Positions 1-11,025 of a DNA stretch of 64,000 nt are shown here, one piece after another. A program made the translations under genes and the position numbers. Source of the DNA: Basidiobolus meristosporus CBS 931.73 (Eukaryota > Fungi > Basidiobolomycota). The stretch is taken from assembly GCA_002104905.1 (NCBI GenBank), contig MCFE01000387.1, positions 1 through 64,000 of the forward strand. Reading direction: 5' to 3'. The first letter of the stretch is position 1; every line of letters starts with the position of its first letter. The notes beneath the pieces were generated by a model, which searched no databases, was not told the DNA's origin, and was given only the letters and a program-made list of their open reading frames with translations.

Positions 1-291
1 TATGCAATCTGATACACCAATCAATAAACAAGGCTTTATCTAACTGGTATGATGTGACACATATGGATAAAATGCCAACTAGCCTCAACATTGATGGTTA
101 TACCATGTGAGGATGTGAATGCCAACTTGGTACCAACATCTCAACAAGATTCAAACATTCCCATGGATTTTCTTGTGGCAGCATTCAAATGCATGGCTGA
201 ACACCTGTATGAGCAGGGCTGACACGTCGAGTCATTGGAAAAATACACGGCGACTTTATTGGCATAATTAGGCGAGCCGAGGGCAATGTCC

Positions 292-1398
292 TCAGACCTT
301 CTGCTTTTTCGCAGGGGGGTCTTCAGACTCGTCGAGTTCATCCCCGAAATCGTCGAACTCCTCGTCATCCTCGTCATTATCAAACCCTTGGAAGTACCTA
401 GCATCAAAGGTGAGGGGACAGGCCATGCGCATCCGGTTAAAAGGGAGCCACCTACTTGACAGCATTGGGGTATAGATCGTTGGCGATGAGATCGCCAATC
501 TCGGGGTCCTCTTCAGAGAACCAGGTGAAAAAGCTGTCCTTCTTTTCCCCGTCAGATTGGGTTAGATCCTACGGGAAACCGGGTGAGTAAGCAGTCCGGG
601 CAGAAAACGTTGGGGAAAGGTTTACTTGGCCATCCTTCCAGAGAATTGGGTGGTTCTTGATGATCACCTTGCCCGACTCGTCGTGGGAAAATTCCTTGAT
701 GAGGGAATCATTTGAGAAGTAAGGGTTCTCGGAGAATGACTAGTTCCAGGAGTTGTGGTCAGTCCGGGTCAGCTGCAGGAAGAAATACGAGCACCGTACC
801 AAAATGACCTTGTATACTGTGCAATCGTCTGTGCTTCTGTCGATGGTGATGTCGGTAAGATGGTTGAAAACCTAGGCGTATGGATGGGTGGTATGGTGAG
901 TTGGGGAACGCATAGATACGAATGGTTTGGCTTCGGACAAACCTCGACATCCTCCGACTCGAGTAGTCCCTCTGTCATAAAAGCAGGTTAGCTAACATAC
1001 AAGGAGGAGTAGAATAAGCTCGCAGGACGTACGAAGCATGGGGTGGTTTTTGAACTGCATACAAAAAGTCAGTCAATGGCGTGAAGGAAGGCTCGCTAAA
1101 TGGTTGTCACGTACCGTGATGGTCCAGAAATTAGGGATCTGTCCAAGAAGCTCCTGGCGCTTTTTGTAGACAGGTCCTTTGGTGTTTTCGTATTTTGTGG
1201 TGAGTTTTCCTTGTTCCTTGACTACCACGACTGGTTCAATAAGATACTCATGGGTAGCGACCGAAAGAAAGCGTACTCACACAGTTTCTCGTTCACCTCC
1301 TCCATCTCTTGCTCCACGTTAAGGAGCTTGGCCCAGGTCTCCTCCATGACCGGGTCTTCAGAGGCATTTTTTCCGTTCTGGTTGATAGCTTTGGACAT
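292..1398 (-). CDS. SET/TAF-I (Vps75-like) nucleosome assembly protein, NAP family; multi-exon
   Basis: Spliced by eye: MSKAINQNGK..WAKLLNVEQEMEEVNEKL..YKKRQELLGQIPNFWTIT/FKNHPML/QGLLESEDVE/VFNHLTDITID..FSENPYFSNDSLIKEF..SFFTWFSEEDPEIGDLIANDLYPNA..KYFQGFDNDEDDEEFDDF..PPAKKQKV*. NAP motifs (IPNFW, NPYF), acidic tail and C-terminal NLS. Confidence 0.85.
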
Positions 1399-1653
1399 GG
1401 TGTAGGAGCTTTCTGAAGAACGCCTTGGCACGGTGGAAATTTGGTTTTATGGTGGGAATTTTTTCGAGTCTACGACTTGGCCAAGATCTACCACCTTGAT
1501 ACATGATTAAGTGCAGGGTAAAACCCACTTAAATCGCGCGGATGTTGGTTACATTTTTTTTTAGTTGTTGAAAAAAATGGGATTCACCATATCATACTCC
1601 TCGAGGCTGTGTACTTCCACGCGACACCTTGGTGCTTGAAAACGTATACTAAC

Positions 1654-3346
1654 ATGGTTAGACATCCCTTCACAAAGACCCTCCACAGCCCTACCGAGGA
1701 CCTCCTGGTGCTCGTGTGTGGCAAAGACTTTCAAGTGGTGGACACCAAGTTAGTTTATTGCGTACCGGTTTGAGTGAGGACGACCAATAGTTAACCTTCG
1801 TTTTCAGGGATGGCTCCATTAAAGCTAGCACCTGCGACGTTCCCGAGGAGATCAAATCTTCGGTAGTAGAAATTAAAGACGGTCACACCGACATGATTCG
1901 CACCTTGGCCTTTAGCCCAGACGGGAAATTATTGGCCACCAGTGGTGAAGATAAAACACTCAAAGTATGGGCTGTTGAGAACTGGCAATGTCTTAACACC
2001 AGGTAATTCTACCATACTACTACCCCATTTGCAACCGATTCTGACCACATGGCGAATACGATACAGACCGGTCATTAAGCGTTACAATGCCATCAAGTTC
2101 GCCGCACAGAGCGATGCCATCTTTGTAGCCGACAAGTTCGGAGATGTTTACAAGTAGCCGCCATACTCCTATTTTTCGAGTAGAACCCTTTAACCTAAGC
2201 CTTCTTTCCCCTCCGATAGACTCCAAATTGATCCTGCTGCTGGTCAAGAGGAGCTCCTTCTTGGTCACGTCTCCATGATCACAGATATGGTAATGATCGA
2301 GTCACCACCGCTGTTGCCGAGATCGAAAGTGACTCACTCTTCCTCAGGTTCTCTCCGCAGACAACAAGCACATCATCACTGCCGACCGTGATGAAAAGAT
2401 CCGAGTCAACAATTACCCAGATTCCTACAACATTCATTCCTTCTGCCTTGGCCACACCGAGTATGTCCTTCACTTGTGTTCCATAATCTATCGCCACTTT
2501 CGATGATTAACCGCTGGTGAGTAGATTCGTCTCGGCTGTTCGTCTGCCTGTGTTCTCCCCCGGAACCTTGATTTCCGGCGGTGGTGATGGGATGATTATG
2601 GTCTGGGATTACATGAACGGGTCTCTTAAGCAGGCGATTAACCTCCGCGAGACACTGGCTCAACATGGCGCTGAACCGGTAATGGCTTCAGACAAATTCT
2701 CGGGGGATGTCACGAAGTGGAGACGCTAACATCGGCGGGTTTTAGGTTCAAGGAAACTTCGTGTTTGTCACAAGCTTGGTGATCTCTCAACAAAAGGACG
2801 TCTTGGTGTTGATTGAAAAGTACCTTCCTTGAAAATCCCTCTTCTCAAGTGAACCCGAATTGACGTTTCTCCCGGACTCTAGGTACAACAGTGGATTAGT
2901 CTTTAGATGGAATGATCAATCTGGAACTTTGGAGTTCGCCCAGTTGATCTCCTTGAGTGCCGATCCTCTGGATGGGGCCTTCGACAACCAAGGAAACTTG
3001 TGGTTCTCGATCTCCGACAAATCGGACGATATGGTTGTGGCTTTCGACTACAAAGATGGCAAGGTAATCATCGCCCAGCAACAAGTGGTGGAGATATCTT
3101 ACTAAATGTATGTTACCTCTCAGTATGAGCAATCCGAAACCAAGCCTGTGAACCAGTTTGGCTCCTTCGAAGGTAATTCTCTTGATGCTAGCTGGACCGA
3201 ATTTCCGGAAACTAACCAAGTACATAGCCGAGTCCCTTCCAAACTTGTATCCCACCGGAACGCTGCGTAAGATCACCGTCCCAGAGGAGGAACAAAACGA
3301 GCAGGAAGAGGAAGAACAGCCCAAGAAAAAGGCGAAATCCGAGTAA
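1654..3346 (+). CDS. TRM82: tRNA (guanine-N7)-methyltransferase non-catalytic WD40 subunit (WDR4/Trm82); multi-exon
   Basis: Exons encode [11 protein letters not shown].., [80 protein letters not shown]; ends [10 protein letters not shown]. Confidence 0.85.
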
Positions 3347-3647
3347 AGCTTGCTTGGACTGTTGCGTCGTGGGAGATCCAACATAGTCCCAACGTACCCC
3401 ATCCCATGCCTAACGCTAGAAAGATTTCTCTTGAACCTTATCTATACATATCTATAGTTAGAATAAACATTTAGAAAATCTTACCTGCTTGCTCCCGATT
3501 TTGGTACTTGCTTTCCTAAACGTTGGCGGTTTTTTGACCAAAGGCGGGATTTTTTCTCCATCGTGCTGGTCACGTGATACCCACAGGTCATTAATTAGAC
3601 AGTGTACTTGCAAGTTGGTTGCACTAGTAACATATCGACTCCCAACC

Positions 3648-4044
3648 ATGGTAAAGGCTATAAAAGGTATGTAGTGTAGTCGCTCTTCACGAATGCTAGA
3701 TTCAACAAAAGGATAAGCGGGCTGATTGGTTGGAACTTATATTAACAAAACTTGCTTGGCATTTCCCACTTTCCATTTCACGACAGGCATGCTGATTGAG
3801 TGGTAAGTGGTACCCTTCAGACTGATTTTGCCTGACAGGAGTACAACGAACTGAATCCATATATTTCTCGCTTAGCGACGAGGCAGTGAAGCAGATCGTT
3901 CTGAACCTAAACAACTCGTACCATTTTGTGATTGAAGATCTAGACGACACCCATGCGTTCATTGATGGGAGCTGGTTGGACCGATTGAAATACGAAGTAG
4001 AGAAACTACTAGACGAGAATACATACAAGCTAGAGGAGAAATGA
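3648..4044 (+). CDS. TFB5: TFIIH subunit Tfb5/TTDA (GTF2H5); 3 exons including a 16-nt micro-exon
   Basis: Spliced product MVKAIKG-MLIEC-DEAVKQIVLNLNNSYHFVIEDLDDTHAFIDGSWLDRLKYEVEKLLDENTYKLEEK*, with the Tfb5 hallmark FVIEDLDDTH. Not present in the ORF track. Confidence 0.9.
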
Positions 4045-4374
4045 GCGGGCAGTGTTTGTGGGGCAGGACACAGTCCTGTTCTGCGAATAACTTCTGTCTC
4101 CCACGGCCGTTCTCTGATGGAAGTAACTTGCCTTTACACAGACGAATACGGACTGTGGAATGGAGGTGAGGATGGCGGGGTTGAGTATTTTGTCTGCCTG
4201 TTGGGGTGGATGTGATGAGTTAATATTGCATTTATTGAAGGAATTTACATAAAACTCGCTATTCTTGTAGCTTTCAAAGATTCGAAAACAGACTATTTAT
4301 ATGCGAGCTAAAGGCCATCGGGAACTGGGGAGCAGTATGAGTATATATACGTGTGTGTTTCTCTGGTGTCCACA

Positions 4375-5241
4375 TCATTGGACTGTGGCATTTGTCACTG
4401 ACCAGATAGTAGTGTATGGCTTGACCTTGCCGCTATTTGTAGGTTCTGGTGTGGACGTCCCATCGGAAAGATTATAATTGTTGATTAGTTCTTCCAATTC
4501 TTCTATGGAAGAGGTATCCTCGTCTTCATGAATGATCTCCCCGTGTTCAATTGAATTCGAGAATCTGTTGGGATCCCGAGTAGTGGAGTTCTCGTACACA
4601 ATGTGATGGATCTTCTTGAGCACATCGTAAGGCACACCCTTTCTGTACCGTTCGCACTTGGCTAAAGATGCGAGGACATCCCAAGCATTCTCGTCAGTGG
4701 GCCGAACACCTTGCGACAACAAAACCTGAACTTCGTCGTCGGTAAAGCCGCAGTTTCTCATGCGTTGCTGCTGCTCTACCATATCTTCCTCATCCTCCGA
4801 GTCGGTCAACTCTTCCTTCGGGTGAGTGAAGCTGCACCCGTTCCCGTTTGGACAGCTGCCTCTTCTTAAAAAAGGGCATTCCAAGGAGCCAGAGGAGGCT
4901 TTCCTGTCGTCAGTCACGTCAAACCCTGCTCCCTTGAACGTAGCGCTACCAGGAGTGGGCATTTCAGGGACTAAGCCCTCCCGTACGTCGGTGATCATTT
5001 TGACGATCTTCCCGTTGGTAGTGAGTTCGGTGGCGGTTCCGAGCTCGTTTCTTGCATCCGGATCGGCACCGGCAAGAAGAAGCTCACGAACGGCCTGGAC
5101 GTGGTTACGCTTGGCGGCGATCATAAGAGGGGTTCTCCCCAAAGCGTCGGGGGAGTCCAAGTACTGGGGAGTGTTGAGTAGCTCGAACCTAAGACTCTCG
5201 ATGTCACCTTCGTTTGCTGCTTTCCATATAGCGGTAATCAT
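4375..5241 (-). CDS. Ankyrin-repeat + single CCCH zinc-finger protein, intronless (paralog A)
   Basis: ANK motifs IWKAANEGD and GRTPLMIAAKRNHVQAVRELLLAGADPD; CCCH CPFLRRGSCPNGNGCSFTH; downstream motif RMRNCGFTDDEVQVLLSQGVRPTDENAWDVL. Confidence 0.8.
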   Translation of the reverse strand: MITAIWKAANEGDIESLRFELLNTPQYLDSPDALGRTPLMIAAKRNHVQAVRELLLAGADPDARNELGTATELTTNGKIVKMITDVREGLVPEMPTPGSATFKGAGFDVTDDRKASSGSLECPFLRRGSCPNGNGCSFTHPKEELTDSEDEEDMVEQQQRMRNCGFTDDEVQVLLSQGVRPTDENAWDVLASLAKCERYRKGVPYDVLKKIHHIVYENSTTRDPNRFSNSIEHGEIIHEDEDTSSIEELEELINNYNLSDGTSTPEPTNSGKVKPYTTIWSVTNATVQ

Positions 5242-5873
5242 GATAAACAACTACAATAACAATACCAAGAAATGAACGGGCTTCAATAGACTATTAACTT
5301 GCAAGATAGGTCGCAGCCACAGTTTTCATAGATTTATAAAACCGCGATCTAGAACAGAGGTCACCAATGAGTCAAGCTCCCCATGGGTGACTGTAGTCTA
5401 TGCCAGTGATTTAATCGCAGTTGGGCAAGTCACATATGCATATTAGGACCAATCCAATGGGAATCCAGCAGGGAATATGGTCAAGCGCGCATGTCTACTT
5501 GCACTCGGCAAATCCATTTGGAAATAGGATTTCGAAAGTGATGCCTCGTTTCAATTGGCAGGGCCCGGGGGATTACGTCTCTCAAAAATTGACTGATTGA
5601 CACCGAAAGGCCGTAGTTACGTTTGATTTCGTCGATACGTAATTAGGTGGCACGAGTCGATTGCATCCACTACAAAATGGTTGGAAGGGGGCCTGTCATT
5701 CCATAGATAATCTAAACTAGATGTAGAGTTGCTTCCCATCAATTCTTGGAAATGTCAAGGAATATTAGGTGTTATGTGCTGTTGGAACCAAGTAAATACA
5801 GGCTTTATGTGGTAATGGCAATGGTGAAGGCAGGGATCATGTAAATATCAAGGATGGTATTATTATAGGAGCT

Positions 5874-6662
5874 TCAGTTTTGGATGGCTTTTAGTATCTC
5901 CCAGGCATTGCTTTCCCAGGGCATTACGCCGTAAGCTAGCAACGACAGGACTTCCTCTTCGCTGAATCCAAAATTCTCGATGCGCTCCTCAATCTCCCTG
6001 TCGTACTCAAACTCCTCCGAGCTGTATTCCTGACCTGGATAATTTTCTAGAGGTAGCAGAGGGGGTGGCATAGGGACATATGCGACGGGAAGCGGATATG
6101 GGAATGGCGCCGGGATATTTGGATTTACGTGAATAGGATGCTCATATCTACACTGGTTTCCAAAACGGCAGTTACCCTGCAACCAGAATCGACAGGTTGG
6201 CATTGGGTTACGTCGACCCAGATATGGTTCGGGTTGGCCTTGGGGCAAGCCTAACCCTTGGTGAGAGAATCTACAACTATTGCCAAAACGGCAATATCCC
6301 TTCATGAAGAAACGACATACTGAAGGTGAGCCAGAAGTAACGGAGTTTGGTGAATTCTCTTGGGAACGTGCTCTGGCATAACCTTCAGCCCTGGCTTCGG
6401 CGAGGATTCGAAGGATTTCCGGGTGCACGGTGAATTCAGAAGCAGTTCCGTTCGAAGAATAGGCATTAGGGTTAGCCCCGGCAAGTATCAAAGCACGAAC
6501 GCACTCTAAATGGTTCTCTCTTGCTGCCATCATGAGCGCGGTTAAACCTTGGGAATTGGTGACTTCAAGGTCACAGTTGGCGTTCTCAAGCTCTCGTTGA
6601 AGCATCTCCAGATCGCCTGTTCCTGCAACATAGCATATGGTCGGTTCGTTCATGATGCTCAC
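5874..6662 (-). CDS. Ankyrin-repeat + tandem CCCH zinc-finger protein, intronless (paralog B)
   Basis: ANK GLTALMMAARENHLECVRALILAGANPN; two CCCH fingers CRFFMKGYCRFGNSCRFSH and CRFWLQGNCRFGNQCRYEH; Pro-rich linker; C-terminal RIENFGFSEEEVLSLLAYGVMPWESNAWEIL. Confidence 0.85.
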   Translation of the reverse strand: MSIMNEPTICYVAGTGDLEMLQRELENANCDLEVTNSQGLTALMMAARENHLECVRALILAGANPNAYSSNGTASEFTVHPEILRILAEARAEGYARARSQENSPNSVTSGSPSVCRFFMKGYCRFGNSCRFSHQGLGLPQGQPEPYLGRRNPMPTCRFWLQGNCRFGNQCRYEHPIHVNPNIPAPFPYPLPVAYVPMPPPLLPLENYPGQEYSSEEFEYDREIEERIENFGFSEEEVLSLLAYGVMPWESNAWEILKAIQN

Positions 6663-7460
6663 AGAAATTCCGAATCGGCTTCAGAAACTGCCACTTGAAA
6701 CGAAAGGTGGATTAGTAAAAATTACGATACCCAGGAAAGTGCTATATAGAATCTATTGTGTACCAGTTAGGGCTTTCGGGAGGTTGACCACTCAAGAGAT
6801 GTTTAGTTCTAGTTTAACTGGCTTTGTTTAAAACCGGATCATGTCGAGATCCAGAAAATTCAGTATGCCTTGTTGATACCGGATTCAGGCAAAATTTAGG
6901 TGCGCTGTTACGTAATCGAAGCTGATCAGCGCCAGCTGCTTAGATAATGGTCACCCTTGATTTCAATTCTAGGTGGCTGTCCAGTGCTCAAATGAAGAGA
7001 TCAGTAGAAGATGCTTTACTTGGAAGGTTTCAAGTAGAGGGGATGCTTGATGAATGTTTGTTATGCCTACGCTACTCGTAAGAAATGAGGGATGATTTAT
7101 GAAGGGTAAGCCATCGACATTCATCTGCTATGAACGCGAACCAAAGGTGCACTGGAAAATCATACATTATGTAACAGAAAAGGTAGATCCATATGTACAA
7201 GTGATATGGAAATCATGACGAAGTAACAGGCATTGCTTGGAGTTGACTGAGCCACGATCAAAATAGGGATAGTTAGAATAATATGTATATGGAATCGATT
7301 GCCTTCGAGAGGTGCACTATCTTGTTTGCTCCGTGGAATTGTGTCCCAAAAATGCGGATAAGAACAAAGGGACTTTCATTCATACCCAACTGCTCCGGAT
7401 GTTCTGTACAATGAAAACTGGGGTGGGCGATTTTGGCACTAAGTCCTTCATACATACTGA

Positions 7461-8063
7461 CTACCAAACTTGATACGAGTCTCGGAGGAATTTTCGAGGT
7501 GGCGGGCTGTTCTCAAATTTGCTACCCAGTTTCAATCGACTCAGCCTCCAGGAACCATCTTTGACTGGCTTGGGCAAGACTACCTGCTGCGATGATGATT
7601 TTGTTGTGGGGGCAGCCGGGTCGTGAAGGGTACCAGTTGGCGGGATGTGTAGACTTGCTGAGTACCCTTCTTCGGCATCCAGGATGGTCATGATCTCTTT
7701 GAAGTGCTTCTCGTTCACCTCGCAGATGGCGTCGGGGTCTGAATGTTTGGAAAAGGGGAGGTTTCTCGGTGGTTCAGGGAATATTTTATTCTTTCGTCTG
7801 CTAATAAGAAGATATACAAGGGCAACGAGCGCCATTAGAAGGAAAGAGCTCCCAAGGCACATGCCCAGTAGCAGGGTCGGGGTATCTTTTTTGGCATATG
7901 GATCAGCTTCCCGTCCCACTTCTTGATGAGGCATTACAGTGGAGTGCGGTGGAGTATCCATTGGTGCGTTGGCAGGAGAAAATCCTCTTTTGACTGACCC
8001 TTCCACGGCTCCCTGAAGTAATACAGTGACAAGGACTATTGGCACTAATCTTGGCAGGTTCAT
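7461..8063 (-). CDS. Hypothetical single-pass (type I) membrane protein, intronless
   Basis: From ATG 8063: signal-like MNLPRLVPIVLVTVLLQGAVEG, short ectodomain, hydrophobic helix LLLGMCLGSSFLLMALVALVYLLI followed by basic SRRKNK, then a cytosolic tail. No family recognised. Confidence 0.6.
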   Translation of the reverse strand: MNLPRLVPIVLVTVLLQGAVEGSVKRGFSPANAPMDTPPHSTVMPHQEVGREADPYAKKDTPTLLLGMCLGSSFLLMALVALVYLLISRRKNKIFPEPPRNLPFSKHSDPDAICEVNEKHFKEIMTILDAEEGYSASLHIPPTGTLHDPAAPTTKSSSQQVVLPKPVKDGSWRLSRLKLGSKFENSPPPRKFLRDSYQVW

Positions 8064-8780
8064 TCTTTGCGTAGAAAGACGAACGGTTACGTACAAACAG
8101 GGGTAGTGCCAGGCGGCCAAGGGGTTTAAATAGAAGCAAGTGGAACAGCATGAAGCAAGAGGCTTGGTGACTGCATTAGCTAGTGATTGAATAAAATGAG
8201 CGAATTTATTTATTTCCGAATTTGTTCAACTTGCCGAGGTTTAACTCATCTTCTGAGCTTGCATATACACGCATATACGCTATTCAGATACTGATCCAAA
8301 CCTCCGTCTGTATTCTCACAGGAAAACAATGGGATTTGGAGAGGGGACAAGGGGAGTAAGGAACCTAACACCTCAGGGTATAGGAGTGGTCATTTTGAGT
8401 GGTCATTTTGCCATTTTGATATTGCTCCAGTTTTCTGCCACATTAAGTAATCCCAAAGTGGCATCTGGTCCCTAACATTTTGATGCTGCACGCCCCTGAG
8501 ATGTCTTCCAACCGAAATTTACTCATTCGACGATCGTATGAATGCTCATCTTAGGGACAGATGGCCATGCAAGCAGCGTTGGGATCAAGATTTACCCTGA
8601 CAAGGCTGATTGAGCATTAATATATATATAGCTTTATTACATATTCCCTACAGAGGTAAGTGTTTCTAATTTGGACTGGATCCAAAGCTGTCCGGGGCTG
8701 AAGATAACACGAAGCCAGAGTCTACCCATTAATAAAGTGTTACGGATAGTAGCCGAAGGGCGAGTTCTTCCCACTAGGCT

Positions 8781-9591
8781 TTAGACTAATCCGTCATACA
8801 ATGAGAGTGATTGAACAATGGTCGGGTCTTGCTTAGATCCCTCTTGGAATTCCTCCATTGATAATCTGCCGTCATTATTCTGCGATAACTGGTGTGAGAA
8901 ACTAGAGGGGCTCAGACGACGACTAGTTGGTATGGTACCTTATCCATGAGTCTGAAAATCTTATCCACTCGTTTCTCCGGAGTGTCTTCATCCTCTGGCA
9001 ACTTCACCATGCTGCCAACCATTTTATAGATGGCTTCCACGATAAGCAGCATCTCTTCGCGTGTGATAAAGCCGTCGCTGTCAATGTCGTACAGTTGGAA
9101 GGCCCCTGGACAACCTGATTAATACACGCGAGATGGTATTCACAATTACACCAAGCTTACAAAGCAGTTTCTCTTCGGTTTTGCCTCTGGATGTGACGGA
9201 AAGTGCGCATATAAATTCCTTAAAGTCGATGGTGCCATTTTTGTTTTCATCGAACACGTTGAAGACATATTCTGCAAAGCCTGTGGGATCGCCAAACGGG
9301 AAGAATTGTTTGTATATTTTTTTGAATTCGTTTCTGTCAAGATTTCCGGAGGGGCAATCTTTGATGAAACCTTTGTACCTGTGGATCGATACTGGGTGAG
9401 CGGTACATAACTGGTGTTTCAGGAGGCATAGGCTTACTTACCATTGTTGGAGTTCTTTCTTGTCAACTACGAGGTGCAAGGTTAGATGTCAGGCAATCGC
9501 AGTGAGTAAAAGAGACTGAACACCTACAGTAGGTACATTTCTGTAATTCGCCCAGCTGTTCAGGGCTTAGTTTACTTGTCTTTTGCCCCAT
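8781..9591 (-). CDS. FRQ1: Frequenin / neuronal calcium sensor-1 EF-hand protein; multi-exon
   Basis: [21 protein letters not shown] (myristoylation-type MG)..[104 protein letters not shown]. Confidence 0.95.
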
Positions 9592-9936
9592 GTCGTAGAA
9601 TAGCGAGACGAGGTTGACCCAAAAACCATTTCAGTCTAGGCATTCATTTCGTCACGTGATAATTCACTATTTTTCCTAGAGAACGAAGCAACTGCAAATT
9701 GATTTGAATCGAAGATGTTACATTAATTGGGCAAGCCTGATCAAGGGGCTTGGGAATGAATGTAGACTTGATGTAAGCATTGAATTAATGAGGTTTCGAA
9801 AATCCAAAATGCTTCAATTGTCGACTGCCATATTAATCATGAATCTATGCAACACCGAATTTGCTAAAAAGTTTGTAGTGGGGGGGGGGGTACAGATAGT
9901 CATGAAACCTGTAGTAGCGATATCCATTAGATAGCC

Positions 9937-10875
9937 ATGGCCACTACTGTCGACAACCCGGAGGCGGAAGTTCCTCTAAAGCCCACAACAGAATCGCCAA
10001 TTCTATCCATCGACCTCTCCAATGAAACACCAGAGCAGAGAAGCAAGCGAGAAAAAGAGTGTAAGCTCTGCGAAGATTGGAAGGAAGAGATTATTCAAAA
10101 CAGTAATTTCCAGACCAGTAATATTTCTCGAGACCTGGTACTTAAATGTTCTTTCCAAGACCCTATGGTAAAAACCCTTTTGGGGGCCATGAATAGAGCT
10201 GGGTGCAATTTTGAAAAGAAGCATTTTCGTTGCGTACCTTGCAATAATTCCGGTTCCGGTGGGTTTTCTTCTGAGGAAGGCGTACGTTGTTTGCTTAATT
10301 GACACCACCCACACAAAGAGTACGTTGTTTATCGTAAGCTTTATAGATCATATTGTGCCAAAACCATTTTCGGAGTCGACCCCACATGGAGGAAACCGTT
10401 GTGCACGAGCTTATCCATGCCTTTGATTAGTTAGTATTCAGGTTTAGACAGGAACGACTCTGCTTTCTAACTCGAGCAACTTCCAATAGCTGCAAATACA
10501 ACGTTGACTTGACTAACCTCAAACATCACGCGTGCACTGAGGTATGCTTTTATTGCCCCGTTACTTGGCCTTTTGATTGAGCATATTTCGCTGGATAGGT
10601 ACGTGCAGCTAGCTTAAGTGGGGATTGCAAGTGGATGAGAGAATTCCTTCGAGGAAAATTCAACATCAAAAAGCAGCACCAGGTATTCTCCATTCCATTG
10701 TGACAAATTCTTCGGTCGCCAACCGTTTGCTTAGGAATGTGTCAGGCGGCGGGCCATCCTTTCGGTGAGATACAATCCTTATTGTCAAGATGAGGGCCAA
10801 GCCATAGATGCTGTGAACAGTGTATTCGATAGCTGCTACCAAGACACTACGCCGTTTGCAGAGGATCACAAATAA
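9937..10875 (+). CDS. ATP23: Mitochondrial inner-membrane metalloprotease Atp23; multi-exon
   Basis: PMVKTLLGAMNRAGC..FRCVPCNNSGSGGF..IILCQNHFRSRPHMEETVVHELIHAFD (HEXXH)..HHACTEVRAASLSGDC..ECVRRRAILSV..AVNSVFDSCYQDTTPF. Confidence 0.92.
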
Positions 10876-11025
10876 ACATGATTCAAATAGAACCAATCTT
10901 CATTAAATCCAGTGAGACTTGTTACACCATAATAGGCAATCAATCATAAAGCTGCCAAATGAAAGGGGCTTTCATCAACTCCAACTCCACTCAACAAGTG
11001 TTGTGGTAGTTTGCTTTAACGAACT

